DNA of 64,000 bases from an uncultured virus (IMG/VR IMGVR_UViG_3300017754_000635) (IMGVR_UViG_3300017754_000635); one strand, 5' to 3'. Shown: positions 26,713 through 36,874, numbered from the stretch's first letter. The notes: generated by a model not told the origin, from the sequence alone. Made by a program: numbers and translations.

Positions 26713-29208
26713 ATGGCAATCGATAAAGCATTAAACCGCGCCCCCTTGGGCTTGAGCGGTTTGGGTATGGAAGAGGAAGATGGCGCTCCTGATCTGGAGA
26801 TTGAGATCGAGGACCCTGAGTCCGTTAGCATCAAGTCCGGCGACTTGGAGATTGAGATTGTGCCGGGGCGCGAGGGCAGCGATGATTTTAACGCCAACCT
26901 TGCCGAGGAAATGGATGAGGGCGAGATGCAGTCCATTGTGGGCGAGCTGCTTGATAACGTTAAAAACGATCTGGCCTCCCGCAAGGACTGGGAAGATACA
27001 TATAAAGAGGGCTTGACGCTGCTTGGTCTGAAATATGAGGAGCGTACAGAGCCGTGGGCAGGTGCGTGTGGCGTGTTCCACCCCATGATGACCGAAGCGG
27101 TAGTACGCTTCCAGTCAGAGACTATTACCGAGACTTTCCCGGCCAAAGGTCCGGTGCGCACCAAGATCATCGGTAAAGAAACGCCCAAGAAGAAGCAAGC
27201 CGCGGTTCGTGTCGAAGAAGACATGAACTACCAGTTGACAGACCGCATGACGGAGTTTCGTCCAGAGCAAGAGCGTATGCTCTTCTCCCTGCCAGCAACC
27301 GGATCGGCGTTCAAAAAAGTTTACAAAGACCCGAGCTTGGGCCGTCAGACTTCAGTGTTTGTGCCGGCTGAAGATGTCATCCTGCCGTACGGTACTACTG
27401 AGCTAAGTACGTGTGAGCGCCTCACACACCGTATGCGCAAGACGGAGAATGACATCGTCAGGCTGCAAGTGGCGGGCTTCTATCGTGATATTAATCTTGG
27501 CGAGCCGCCCAAGGTTACAAACGAGCTACAGCAAAAGAAAGACAAAGAGAGTGGTTTAAGTGCGTCTTTCGACGACCGCTACGAGATATACGAGATTCAC
27601 GCCGACCTTGATCTGCCGGGGTATGAGGATGTGGATGACGACGGAAACCCCACAGGGATTGCGCTGCCGTATGTGGTGACAATACTTAAAGGTTCTGACG
27701 ATGTGCTGGCTATTCGCCGCAACTGGCGCGAAGACGACCCGCTAAAGCAAAAGCGGCAGCACTTTGTACACTACGTGTACATCCCCGGCTTCGGTGCTTA
27801 CGGCTTTGGTCTGTTCCATTTGATCGGTGGTTACGCTCGGTCCGCTACTAGCTTGATGAGACAGTTGGTTGACGCAGGTACGCTGTCGAACTTGCCGGGC
27901 GGTCTGAAGTCCCGTGGGTTGCGTATTAAAGGAGACGACACGCCTATCGCTCCGGGCGAGTGGCGCGATGTAGATACTGGTTCGGGAGCTATCCGTGACA
28001 ACATATTGCCGCTACCTTACAAAGAACCATCGGCTACTTTATACCAACTCCTTGGTACTATCGTTGAGGAGGGCCGACGTTTCGCAGCGACTGCCGACAT
28101 CCAAGTGTCCGATATGTCGGCTAATACGCCAGTGGGAACAACTCTGGCCGTACTTGAACGAACCCTCAAAGTTATGTCCGCCGTACAAGCGCGGGTCCAC
28201 TACGCGCTCAAGCAAGAACTCCGGCTCCTAGCAGACATCATTCGTGACTTCTCCCCAGATGATTACGACTACGAGCCAGAAGAAGGCTCCCGCCGTGCCA
28301 AGAAGTCTGACTACTCCGATGTCGAGATCATTCCGGTAAGCGACCCGAATGCTGCAACTCTTTCGCAGCGCGTCGTGCAATACCAAGCGGTACTACAACT
28401 TGCACAAGGCGCACCGCAGATTTACGACATGCCACTGCTTCACCGGCAGATGCTTGAAGTTTTGGGTATCAAGAACGCTACTAAGTTGGTCCCCATGGAC
28501 GACGACAAGAAGCCGGAAGATCCCATCACGGAAAACATGAACATCTTGAATCTGAAGCCGGTCAAGGCGTTCCTGTATCAGGATCACGAGGCGCACATCA
28601 AGGTCCACATGAGCGCCATGCAAGACCCGCTAATTCAACAATTGGCCGGGCAAAACCCGCAAGCGCCGATGATTATGCAAGCAGCGCAAGCGCACATCAT
28701 GGAGCACATCGCCTTTGCTTATCGAGCAAAGATTCAACAGGCTTTGGGTGCGGACCTTCCACCTCCGGGCGAGGGCTTGGACCAAGCAGTCGAGGTTCAG
28801 CTTTCACGCTTGGTTGCCCAAGCAGCACCGATGGTTCTCCAGCAGAGCCAGACGCAAGTAGCACAACAAAAAGCTCAACAGCAAGCGCAGCAAGCTGCAC
28901 AAGACCCGGTTATTCAGATGCAACAGCAGGAGTTGCAGTTGAAACAGCAAGAGCTGCAATTAAAAGCGCAAGAGATGCAGATGAAAGCTGCGGCGGAGGC
29001 CGACAAGCTGGAGCTGGAGAAACAACGCCTCGAAGCCGAGATGGAGCTAAAAGGCATACAGCAAGGCGTAAAGATGCAGCTCGACCGCGACAAGTTCGAA
29101 GCGGACAACGAGAAAGAAGGTGTGCGCCTTGGTTCCGAGATTGCTCGCAATCGCGCAGAACAGACCATGCGGCAGCAAGAAATGTCCAAACCAACTAAAG
29201 GAGAGTAA
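26713..29208 (+). CDS. portal protein
   Basis: 831 aa directly after TerL; Gln-rich C-terminal coiled-coil like P22-type portals. Confidence 0.85.
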   Translation: MAIDKALNRAPLGLSGLGMEEEDGAPDLEIEIEDPESVSIKSGDLEIEIVPGREGSDDFNANLAEEMDEGEMQSIVGELLDNVKNDLASRKDWEDTYKEGLTLLGLKYEERTEPWAGACGVFHPMMTEAVVRFQSETITETFPAKGPVRTKIIGKETPKKKQAAVRVEEDMNYQLTDRMTEFRPEQERMLFSLPATGSAFKKVYKDPSLGRQTSVFVPAEDVILPYGTTELSTCERLTHRMRKTENDIVRLQVAGFYRDINLGEPPKVTNELQQKKDKESGLSASFDDRYEIYEIHADLDLPGYEDVDDDGNPTGIALPYVVTILKGSDDVLAIRRNWREDDPLKQKRQHFVHYVYIPGFGAYGFGLFHLIGGYARSATSLMRQLVDAGTLSNLPGGLKSRGLRIKGDDTPIAPGEWRDVDTGSGAIRDNILPLPYKEPSATLYQLLGTIVEEGRRFAATADIQVSDMSANTPVGTTLAVLERTLKVMSAVQARVHYALKQELRLLADIIRDFSPDDYDYEPEEGSRRAKKSDYSDVEIIPVSDPNAATLSQRVVQYQAVLQLAQGAPQIYDMPLLHRQMLEVLGIKNATKLVPMDDDKKPEDPITENMNILNLKPVKAFLYQDHEAHIKVHMSAMQDPLIQQLAGQNPQAPMIMQAAQAHIMEHIAFAYRAKIQQALGADLPPPGEGLDQAVEVQLSRLVAQAAPMVLQQSQTQVAQQKAQQQAQQAAQDPVIQMQQQELQLKQQELQLKAQEMQMKAAAEADKLELEKQRLEAEMELKGIQQGVKMQLDRDKFEADNEKEGVRLGSEIARNRAEQTMRQQEMSKPTKGE

Positions 29209-29411
29209 TGAACGAGTACACATCCTTCGTAGATGTTCTGCGCAAGCTAATCCGTGAGGACATGAACAACTACGCCGACGATCTGGCAGGTGGTGCCTGT
29301 GCAGATTACGCGTCTTATACCAAGCTGTGCGGGGTGATTCAGGGTCTAGCCCTAGCAGAGCGCCACCTACTTGACCTTGCAAAGAAAGTGACGGAACAAG
29401 ACGATGAGTGA
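29208..29411 (+). CDS. small conserved head-module protein
   Basis: Coupled to the portal gene; YTKLCGVIQGL. Confidence 0.7.
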   Translation: MNEYTSFVDVLRKLIREDMNNYADDLAGGACADYASYTKLCGVIQGLALAERHLLDLAKKVTEQDDE

Positions 29412-29841
29412 AATCATTCTCCCAAAGTACTTGAAAGATCTGATCGAGGAAGAGACTGAGTTACAGGAAGAAAAAATTGATTCTCCCGGTGATGACGTAA
29501 AAGCTCGCCAGCTACCCAAACCATCAGGGTTCAAGATTCTCTGCGCCGTGCCTCCGGCTGACGACAAGTTTGACGATTCGGTCATTGTCAAAGCCAGCAT
29601 ATCGCAACGAGTCGAAGAACAGACCACAACCGTGCTGTTTGTTGTGGCCGTTGGCCCGGATGCGTACAAGGATACCGAGAAGTTCCCAAGCGGCCCTTGG
29701 TGTAAGGAAGGGGATTTTGTGTTGGTTCGCGCTTATTCAGGCACCCGGTTCAAGATCCATGGACGTGAATTCCGCATGATCTATGACGACATGGTGGAAG
29801 GTACGGTTGATGACCCACGCGGCTACGCCCGCGCTGCATAA
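29404..29841 (+). CDS. groES: GroES-like co-chaperonin
   Basis: P.G.KIL, VVAVGPDAY, KEGDFVL...YSGT...IHGREFRMIYDDMV match the Cpn10 fold. Confidence 0.8.
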   Translation: MSEIILPKYLKDLIEEETELQEEKIDSPGDDVKARQLPKPSGFKILCAVPPADDKFDDSVIVKASISQRVEEQTTTVLFVVAVGPDAYKDTEKFPSGPWCKEGDFVLVRAYSGTRFKIHGREFRMIYDDMVEGTVDDPRGYARAA

Positions 29842-29850
29842 GGAGGCAAT

Positions 29851-30840
29851 ATGCCCAAAGAAGAGTACATGGAAGAGTTTAAGTTTCCCGATGAGAAACA
29901 GGCGGAAGCGAAAAATGAGGATGTGGATATCGAGCTTGATGTGTCGGGTGAGACCGACATCGAGATTGAAATCGAAGACGATACCCCTGCCCAAGATCGT
30001 GGTCGCCGCCCACTGGAACGTGAAGTCGAAGACCCAACCGATGAGGAGGTCGAGCAGTACAGCGACAAAGTCCAGAAGCGCATCAAGGAGTTGGCTCATG
30101 CCCGTCACGACGAACGTCGGGCTAAAGAGTCTGCACTTCGCGAGCGCGAAGAGGCTATCCGGGTTGCGCAGTCACTTGTGGAAGAAAACAAGAAGCTGCG
30201 TGGATATGTTTCCCATGGGGAGCAAACTTATGCTGGCGTTCTGAAGGAGAAAGCCGAAGCCGAGCTGGAAATGGCTCGTCGGAAGTACAAGGAAGCCGCC
30301 GAGTCTTACGACTCCGACGCTATGCTGGAGGCGCAGGAAGCTCTGCAAGATGCCAAAATGAAGTTGGCACAAGCGCAAAATTTTAAGCCAGCCCCTTTAC
30401 AAACAGAAAACGAAGAGGTATATAGTCAACCAACAACTTCTTCGGCTCCGCGTCCAGACGAAAAGACCTTGCGCTGGCAAGCTAAAAACCAGTGGTTTGG
30501 CGCACCGGGGTACGAGGAAATGACTGCCATGGCGCTGGCTATGCACCAGCGTCTTACGACAGAAAACGGGATCGAATACGCCCGCACCGATGAGTATTTC
30601 GAGCGAATCGACGCTCGCCTACACGAGAAATTCCCCGAAGTGTTCGGTGAGCGTCAGCCGGCACGGGAAACTCAGTCTAAAAAGCCCGCAGCTACGGTGG
30701 TAGCACCCGCTGCTCGCTCTACCCCATCCAAGAAATCTGTCAAATTGACAAAAACGCAACAAGCTGTTGCGGCAAAACTTGGACTGACCGCACAGCAATA
30801 TGCTGTTGAACTCATGAGACTGGAGAACCGTAATGGCTAA
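29851..30840 (+). CDS. capsid scaffolding protein
   Basis: Acidic N-terminus, coiled-coil, position before the capsid genes. Confidence 0.7.
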   Translation: MPKEEYMEEFKFPDEKQAEAKNEDVDIELDVSGETDIEIEIEDDTPAQDRGRRPLEREVEDPTDEEVEQYSDKVQKRIKELAHARHDERRAKESALREREEAIRVAQSLVEENKKLRGYVSHGEQTYAGVLKEKAEAELEMARRKYKEAAESYDSDAMLEAQEALQDAKMKLAQAQNFKPAPLQTENEEVYSQPTTSSAPRPDEKTLRWQAKNQWFGAPGYEEMTAMALAMHQRLTTENGIEYARTDEYFERIDARLHEKFPEVFGERQPARETQSKKPAATVVAPAARSTPSKKSVKLTKTQQAVAAKLGLTAQQYAVELMRLENRNG

Positions 30841-31267
30841 TCGCACCCCCCGTGATCTTGAAACACGCGAAAAAACTACTCGTGCCGCGTATGTGCCGCC
30901 GAGCGTATTACCTGAGCCAACCCCTGAACCGGGGTATTCATACCGCTGGATTGCAACCCATGTGTATGGCACCGCAGACCCATCCAACGTGTCCAAAAAG
31001 ACGCGTGAAGGCTGGGAACCTGTAAAGGCTTCGGACCACCCTGAATTGATGCTCCCGTCCAATACGGCGGGGAATGTTGAGCTAGGCGGCCTGATGCTTT
31101 GCAAAATGCCAACAGAAATGGTTCATGCCCGCAATGAATACTTTCAGCGTCAAGCGGAAGGCCAGATGCAATCGGTTGACAACAACCTTATGCGCCAAAG
31201 TGATCCGCGGATGCCACTCTTTAATGAGCGCAAGTCCACGTCTACTTTTGGCTCTGGTAACAAATAG
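30833..31267 (+). CDS. conserved head-module protein
   Basis: GYSYRWI...EGWEPV motif. Confidence 0.65.
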   Translation: MANRTPRDLETREKTTRAAYVPPSVLPEPTPEPGYSYRWIATHVYGTADPSNVSKKTREGWEPVKASDHPELMLPSNTAGNVELGGLMLCKMPTEMVHARNEYFQRQAEGQMQSVDNNLMRQSDPRMPLFNERKSTSTFGSGNK

Positions 31268-31290
31268 CCTTTTATTAATTAGGAGCTAAC

Positions 31291-31989
31291 ATGGCTTATC
31301 CGACTGTATCAGCCCCCTACGGGCTAAAACCGATCAATCTGATCGGCGGTCAGGTGTTCGCCGGCCAAACCCGCGAACTCCCGATTGCAAGCAACTACGC
31401 TACTGTTATTAATAACGGTGACGTAGTTAAGTTCAACACCACTGACGGCACTATCGTCAAAGAGACCGGCACGGCTACTATTAGCGCCAATGGTATTGTG
31501 GGTGTGTTCCTTGGTTGCAGCTACACCAACCCTTCGACGGGCCAGAAGCTGTTTGCCAACTCGTACCCCGGCACTATTGTTGCTGATGACATTCTGACTT
31601 ACGTAGCAGATGATCCTGACCAGCTGTTCAAAGTTGCTGTGACTGGCGGCTCGACTTCGACCACCATCACTCCTATTGCTGGCACTATTCTTGGCAGCAA
31701 CTTGGGTATTTCGCAGCCTTCGACTAACACCACAATCTCTGGCAATTCCAACATCGGCGCATACAATGCGGCAGATAGCACTGTCGCTACGCTTCCACTG
31801 CGTGTCGTTGGTTTGGTTCCTGAGACCACTAATTCCAGTGGCGATTACAGCGAAGTGATTGTTAAGTGGAACGCAGCAAGCATCGTATCTTCCACGACTG
31901 CATCCGGAAGCCCGCTGGTCTATGTAACTACTAGTACCGTGACAGGTGGTCATTGCTACCTGAACCCGAACGGTCAGTTCAACGTATAA
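31291..31989 (+). CDS. putative capsid decoration/minor capsid protein
   Basis: Beta-rich; immediately before the MCP; strong RBS. Confidence 0.6.
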   Translation: MAYPTVSAPYGLKPINLIGGQVFAGQTRELPIASNYATVINNGDVVKFNTTDGTIVKETGTATISANGIVGVFLGCSYTNPSTGQKLFANSYPGTIVADDILTYVADDPDQLFKVAVTGGSTSTTITPIAGTILGSNLGISQPSTNTTISGNSNIGAYNAADSTVATLPLRVVGLVPETTNSSGDYSEVIVKWNAASIVSSTTASGSPLVYVTTSTVTGGHCYLNPNGQFNV

Positions 31990-32001
31990 GGGAGTTAAAT
32001 C

Positions 32002-32916
32002 ATGGCTATTTCACGCGCACAACTACTGAAAGAGCTGCTCCCCGGCTTGAACGCATTGTTCGGTCTGGAGTATGCACGTTACGGCGAAGAGCACAAAGAG
32101 ATCTACGAAACCGAGACCTCCGAGCGTTCGTTCGAAGAAGAAACCAAGCTGTCGGGCTTCTCCGCAGCGGCTGTCAAGAATGAAGGTAGTGCAATTCAGT
32201 ACGACAACGCACAAGAAGCTTGGACTGCTCGATATAACCACGAGACTATCGCTCAGGGCTTCTCCCTGACCGAAGAAGCGATCGAAGATAACCTGTACGA
32301 CTCCCTGTCGGCTCGTTACACCAAGTCGCTGGCTCGCTCGATGGCTTATACCAAGCAAGTCAAAGCAGCTAACGTCCTGAACAACGGCTTTACTAACTCC
32401 GCGCAGTACTACGGCGGCGACGGTGTGCCTCTGTTCTCGGCATCCCACCCGCTGGTATCTGGTGGCACCAACAGTAACATTCCGACAACCCCGGCTGACC
32501 TGAATGAAACTTCGCTGGAAGCAGCAGTCATTCAAATCGCAGCTTGGACTGACGAACGTGGTCTGTTGATCGCCGCTAAACCACGCAAACTGGTCATCCC
32601 ATCGGCACTGCAATTCGTTGCAACCCGTCTGTTGGAGACTTCGCTGCGTGTCGGTACTAACGACAACGACATCAACGCACTGAAGAACAATGGTTCGATC
32701 CCAGAAGGCTATGCGATCAACCACTTCTTGACCGATCCAAACGCATGGTTCCTGACCACTGACGTTCCAAACGGCATGAAGCACTTTGTTCGTGTGCCGA
32801 TGTCTACTGGCATGGATGGCGACTTCGATACTGGTAACGTCCGTTACAAGGCTCGTGAGCGTTATTCGTTCGGCTGGTCAGACCCATTGGGTATGTACGG
32901 CTCGCAAGGCGCGTAA
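32002..32916 (+). CDS. major capsid protein (Mu gpT-like)
   Basis: GGDGVPLFSASHP, PRKLVIPSAL, AWFL and RYKARERYSFGWSD; followed by a terminator. Confidence 0.85.
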   Translation: MAISRAQLLKELLPGLNALFGLEYARYGEEHKEIYETETSERSFEEETKLSGFSAAAVKNEGSAIQYDNAQEAWTARYNHETIAQGFSLTEEAIEDNLYDSLSARYTKSLARSMAYTKQVKAANVLNNGFTNSAQYYGGDGVPLFSASHPLVSGGTNSNIPTTPADLNETSLEAAVIQIAAWTDERGLLIAAKPRKLVIPSALQFVATRLLETSLRVGTNDNDINALKNNGSIPEGYAINHFLTDPNAWFLTTDVPNGMKHFVRVPMSTGMDGDFDTGNVRYKARERYSFGWSDPLGMYGSQGA

Positions 32917-32921
32917 TGAAG

Positions 32922-32948
32922 AGGGGGGCTTTACCGCCCCCCTTTTTT
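32922..32948 (+). terminator. intrinsic terminator after the MCP
   Basis: AGGGGGGC/GCCCCCCT stem plus T-tract. Confidence 0.8.
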
Positions 32949-32968
32949 GCTATATAAAGTACTGAATT

Positions 32969-33047
32969 CCGGGAATATCCGGCGCTTACGAACAGGCTCC
33001 CGGCCTGACGACATGCAGATCGTTTGCGCTTAACTCGCATGTGAGGA
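32969..33047 (+). ncRNA. candidate pseudoknotted cis-regulatory leader RNA
   Basis: Four interleaved complementary segment pairs ending directly at SD GAGGA. Confidence 0.45.
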
Positions 33048-33055
33048 CAACTCAA

Positions 33056-33520
33056 ATGGCACTTTCTACTACCCAAAGCATCTGGCGTTCGGGCGGCGGC
33101 GACCAAACTCGTACCGCGTACTGTGGTTCTGGCCTGATGGCTGCACAGTTTTACATTGCCGATGCGTCCCCAGCTACTGCTGGCACTAATGTCGCAGTCT
33201 CGTCCGCTTCTGGCGCTCCTGCTCTTATTCTTCCTGCTGGCGCTGTTGTCGTATCTGTCAGCATCACTGCTGAAACCGGCTCCGGCTCGTTTGACCTTGG
33301 CGCAACCGGCTACACCTCTGGCACTGCTGACAACAACTACATCGCTTCTGGCGTGACTGTAGCTGTTGGCACAACTTCGGTTGGCTCGGTGGTCTCTGGC
33401 GCGGCTTTGACTGAGATGTCGTATGTGACTGTAACCGACAATACTTCAGGTTCGGGCACTGTGACAGGCTTCATCACTTACTTCGTCACCGATCCTCTGG
33501 TTGGTCAGCAGAACGTCTAA
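33056..33520 (+). CDS. virion structural protein
   Basis: GAGGA RBS; S/T/G-rich beta protein. Confidence 0.65.
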   Translation: MALSTTQSIWRSGGGDQTRTAYCGSGLMAAQFYIADASPATAGTNVAVSSASGAPALILPAGAVVVSVSITAETGSGSFDLGATGYTSGTADNNYIASGVTVAVGTTSVGSVVSGAALTEMSYVTVTDNTSGSGTVTGFITYFVTDPLVGQQNV

Positions 33521-33535
33521 TAAGGAGGCATCACC

Positions 33536-33817
33536 ATGATGCAAACAGACGTTAAATCCTCGCACGTTGAAGCAACCGGCACTTTGGTGTCTGGTCGTGT
33601 TCGCGTGAAAGGCTATCAGTGCTTGTCTGGTGGTACGGCAGGGGACATTATTTTTCGGGATGGGGGTGCCAGCGGTACCATTCGCCTGCAATTTAATATC
33701 CCCAACAACACGAACAATCCGTTTGCAAATTTGATTCCCGGCGAGGGTATTCTGTTCACGACGGATGTGCACGTAACGCTACCAACCGCAGCTAAAGTAA
33801 CGGTGTTCTATGGCTAA
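33536..33817 (+). CDS. small virion protein
   Basis: AGGAGG RBS; PGEGILF motif. Confidence 0.65.
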   Translation: MMQTDVKSSHVEATGTLVSGRVRVKGYQCLSGGTAGDIIFRDGGASGTIRLQFNIPNNTNNPFANLIPGEGILFTTDVHVTLPTAAKVTVFYG

Positions 33818-34064
33818 GACCCCGGCATGGCAAAGGAAGGAAGGCAAAAACCCCAAAGGCGGATTGAACGCCAAGGGGCGCGCTTCGTATAACGCTGCCA
33901 ATCCGGGTAAGCCCGGACTGAAAGCCCCACAGCCAGAAGGCGGAGCTAGGAAGAAGTCGTTTTGTGCCCGGATGTCTGGGATGAAAAAGAAGCTGACTTC
34001 TGCGAAAACCGCGAACGACCCGAACAGCCGGATTAACAAATCATTAAGAGCTTGGAAGTGCTGA
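33810..34064 (+). CDS. small basic protein
   Basis: KNPKGGLNAKGR...RKKSFCARM...SLRAWKC. Confidence 0.7.
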   Translation: MAKTPAWQRKEGKNPKGGLNAKGRASYNAANPGKPGLKAPQPEGGARKKSFCARMSGMKKKLTSAKTANDPNSRINKSLRAWKC

Positions 34065-34065
34065 C

Positions 34066-34254
34066 ATGAGCGATATTGAACTAACAGATCGTGAAAGGCT
34101 AATTGCCAAAGAAGCGGCAAAGCTTGCGCTTGAAGAACTATCTTCTGAGTTTTATAAGAAGGTAGGGAAAACTGTTGTGGATAAATTTTTGATCGTCATT
34201 GGTATTTTGGCGGTTGGGTTTGTGTTGGGTAAGGGCTGGGTCATAAAGGTCTGA
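34066..34254 (+). CDS. small membrane protein
   Basis: C-terminal TM helix. Confidence 0.6.
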   Translation: MSDIELTDRERLIAKEAAKLALEELSSEFYKKVGKTVVDKFLIVIGILAVGFVLGKGWVIKV

Positions 34255-34255
34255 T

Positions 34256-34549
34256 ATGCCAACAGTATCTAAAAAGCAAGAGCGGTTCATGCAAGCTGTG
34301 GCTCATAACCCCAAGTTTGCTAAGGCAGCAGGAGTCCCACAATCCGTGGGTAAAGAGTTCACTAAATCAGGAGGCGGTATGAAGAAAATGGCTAAAGGCG
34401 GTATGGGTGCATCGAAGATGGGTGCTGTTAAAACTGCGGCTCCTAGCCGTGATGGCGTTGCTGTTAAAGGCAAAACCAAGGGCAAACAGATTGTCATGCC
34501 GGGTAACAAGATGACTGGCAAGGGCATGAAAAAAGGCGGCTACTGCTAA
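34256..34549 (+). CDS. small basic xGG-motif protein
   Basis: MPTVSKKQ; MAKGG and MKKGG; DGVAVKGKTKG. Confidence 0.65.
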   Translation: MPTVSKKQERFMQAVAHNPKFAKAAGVPQSVGKEFTKSGGGMKKMAKGGMGASKMGAVKTAAPSRDGVAVKGKTKGKQIVMPGNKMTGKGMKKGGYC

Positions 34550-34563
34550 TTAAGGAGCATCCC

Positions 34564-35193
34564 ATGAAACGCAGAACAAAACGGTTTGACGAAGGCGGCG
34601 AGGCTAGGGCGGTACAAGCGTCGAAGGGTCGTCCTGAGATGGGCAGTGCTGATTTAGGCGGAACCGGCTTAAAGCGCGAAACGTTTAGCGATGCGTTTGC
34701 TCGCGCGCGTCGTAACAAAGAAAAGACGTTTGAGTACAACGGCAAAAAGTACGGCACCGCCCTGAAAGGCGAAACCGGCACTTCTAAAGCGCAAACGTCC
34801 TCTAGTATTGATACGGGCATAGCTGCCGGTAAAGCTTCAACAGGTCGGACTCGCGCGCGCCCAGAAGACTATGAGCAAGATGTGTATAAAAAAGGCCGGT
34901 TTGAGAACAAAATGAACAGGTCTATTGGGCGTACTACAGACCCAGAAAATGCGGCAAAAATACAGGCATACGAAGATGCTCGCAGAAAAACGGCAGCAGA
35001 ACGTAAAGCAACCGCAGAGCAAACCCAATCTGCGGGCGTATCTGACATGGGAACTTTGCGAAGGAGCGGCATGGATGCGTATGTTCCTGTGGACGAGCAG
35101 CGCATTTATTCGCAGTTCAAAAAGGGCGGCAAAGTTAAGTCTGCTTCTGCCCGTGCAGACGGTTGTGCTGTTCGCGGGAAAACAAGAGCATGA
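34564..35193 (+). CDS. basic xGG-motif protein
   Basis: FDEGG, FKKGG, ADGCAVRGKT. Confidence 0.65.
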   Translation: MKRRTKRFDEGGEARAVQASKGRPEMGSADLGGTGLKRETFSDAFARARRNKEKTFEYNGKKYGTALKGETGTSKAQTSSSIDTGIAAGKASTGRTRARPEDYEQDVYKKGRFENKMNRSIGRTTDPENAAKIQAYEDARRKTAAERKATAEQTQSAGVSDMGTLRRSGMDAYVPVDEQRIYSQFKKGGKVKSASARADGCAVRGKTRA

Positions 35194-35465
35194 GGCCCTC
35201 TCGCGGTATGGGAGCAATTAACCCATCCAAGATGCCCGGCGGGAAGAAGAAAGCCCGTCGGGATGACACCGACTTTACGCAGTACAAAGAAGGCGGGAAG
35301 GTCAACGCTGCCGGTAACTACACCAAGCCAGAACTGCGCAAGCGGATTGTGTCACAGGTGAAAGCCGCAGCGACTCATGGCACAGGTGCTGGTCAGTGGT
35401 CAGCCCGTAAAGCGCAGTTGGTTGCTAAAAAGTACAAAGCCGCAGGTGGGGGGTACCGCGATTGA
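35190..35465 (+). CDS. small basic protein
   Basis: YKEGG; GQWSARKAQ; GGGY. Confidence 0.65.
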   Translation: MRPSRGMGAINPSKMPGGKKKARRDDTDFTQYKEGGKVNAAGNYTKPELRKRIVSQVKAAATHGTGAGQWSARKAQLVAKKYKAAGGGYRD

Positions 35466-35695
35466 AAGCCCCGCAACAGTCGCTGAAAAACTGGGGAGAC
35501 CAGAAATGGAGAACCAAAAGTGGGAAGCCATCGTCAAAGACTGGGGAGAGGTACCTCCCGGAAAAGGCAATCAAGGCTCTAAGCCCAGCCGAGTATGCCG
35601 CCACAACGAGGGCAAAGCGGGCAGGGAAGAAAGCGGGAAAGCAGTTCGTGGCACAACCCAAGAGCATCGCAAAGAAAACGGCAGGGTTTAGATAA
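35462..35695 (+). CDS. small basic protein
   Basis: WGDQKWRTKSGKPS...GERYLP. Confidence 0.65.
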   Translation: MKAPQQSLKNWGDQKWRTKSGKPSSKTGERYLPEKAIKALSPAEYAATTRAKRAGKKAGKQFVAQPKSIAKKTAGFR

Positions 35696-36438
35696 TGGCG
35701 TACACGTCGGATACAACCAGCTTTAACCCAGACCTCAACGAGATATTCGAAGAGGCATTTGAACGCTGTGGGCGAGAGCTTCGTACGGGCTATGATTTTC
35801 GTACTATCCGGCGCAGCCTGAACTTCCTGATTACTGAGTGGGCTAACCGCGGTATCAACCTGTGGACAATTGAGCAGGGGCAGATTTCGCTGGTGCAAGG
35901 CCAAGCAACTTACGACCTACCGCTTGATACAGTGGACCTGTTGGAGCATGTGATTCGTACGTTTGAAGGGCAGTACCCAAACCAGACGGACTTGAACATT
36001 ACGCGCATCTCGGTTTCAACGTATTCGACTATCCCCAACAAGCTGGCGCAAGGTCGTCCAATTCAGGTCTGGATCAATCGTCAGTCGGGGCAAAAGGTCG
36101 GATCAAACGCGGCAACTCCGCTGTATCCGCAGATTAATGTCTGGCCGACCCCAGATCAGGGCACGGCGCAAGATCCGTACTACATCTTTTATTACTGGCG
36201 TATGCGCCGTATTCAGGATGCTGGTAACGGCATAAACGTGGTTGATATTCCGTTTCGTTTCCAGAACTGCTTGGTGGCAGGGCTGGCGTATATGATGGCA
36301 ACTAAGCTCGATGGCATATCCCCAGACCGAATCATGCTGTTAAAGGCACAGTACGACGAGGCTTGGGACTTGGCCGCTGGCGAAGACCGCGAGAAAGCCG
36401 CTGATCGGCTGGTTCCGCGTCAGATGTTTATTGTGTAA
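35695..36438 (+). CDS. head-tail adaptor / tail tubular A-like protein
   Basis: Position and size; EWANRGINLW and NVWPTPD. Confidence 0.6.
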   Translation: MAYTSDTTSFNPDLNEIFEEAFERCGRELRTGYDFRTIRRSLNFLITEWANRGINLWTIEQGQISLVQGQATYDLPLDTVDLLEHVIRTFEGQYPNQTDLNITRISVSTYSTIPNKLAQGRPIQVWINRQSGQKVGSNAATPLYPQINVWPTPDQGTAQDPYYIFYYWRMRRIQDAGNGINVVDIPFRFQNCLVAGLAYMMATKLDGISPDRIMLLKAQYDEAWDLAAGEDREKAADRLVPRQMFIV

Positions 36439-36440
36439 CT

Positions 36441-36866
36441 ATGGGCAACAGGTTTTCCAGTGGTAAGCACAGTATTGCGGAGTGCGACCGCTGCGGGCAA
36501 CGGTATAAGCTAAAAGAGCTAACGAAGCTGGTCATCAAAACCAAACAGGTAACGATTAAAGTGTGTCGTACGTGTTGGGACCCTGACCACCCACAGCTCC
36601 AGTTGGGCATGTATCCGATAGATGATCCGCAAGCAGTGCGTGAACCACGTCCCGATACTAGCTACTACCAATCTGGCTTTACGGGGTTGCAGTTAACCGT
36701 TTCGCCACCGGAGGCAACAACGGATTCGTTCGGTGATCCAAGCGGCGGTAGTCGGGTCTTTCAGTGGGGTTGGAGGCCGGTTGGCGGGGCAAGCGCAAGT
36801 GATGTAGGGTTAACGCCCAACTATTTAACGTCAGCAGGTGTCGTTGGCACCGTGACAATTTCGTAG
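36441..36866 (+). CDS. Zn-ribbon-containing virion assembly protein
   Basis: CDRCG...CRTC. Confidence 0.6.
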   Translation: MGNRFSSGKHSIAECDRCGQRYKLKELTKLVIKTKQVTIKVCRTCWDPDHPQLQLGMYPIDDPQAVREPRPDTSYYQSGFTGLQLTVSPPEATTDSFGDPSGGSRVFQWGWRPVGGASASDVGLTPNYLTSAGVVGTVTIS

Positions 36867-36874
36867 GAGTTGAC

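Noticed and set aside
33004..33047. Hammerhead ribozyme (CTGACGA core)
   Set aside because: The stem after CUGACGA is followed by UGAGGA, not the required GAAA, and no matching stem III/UH site is evident.
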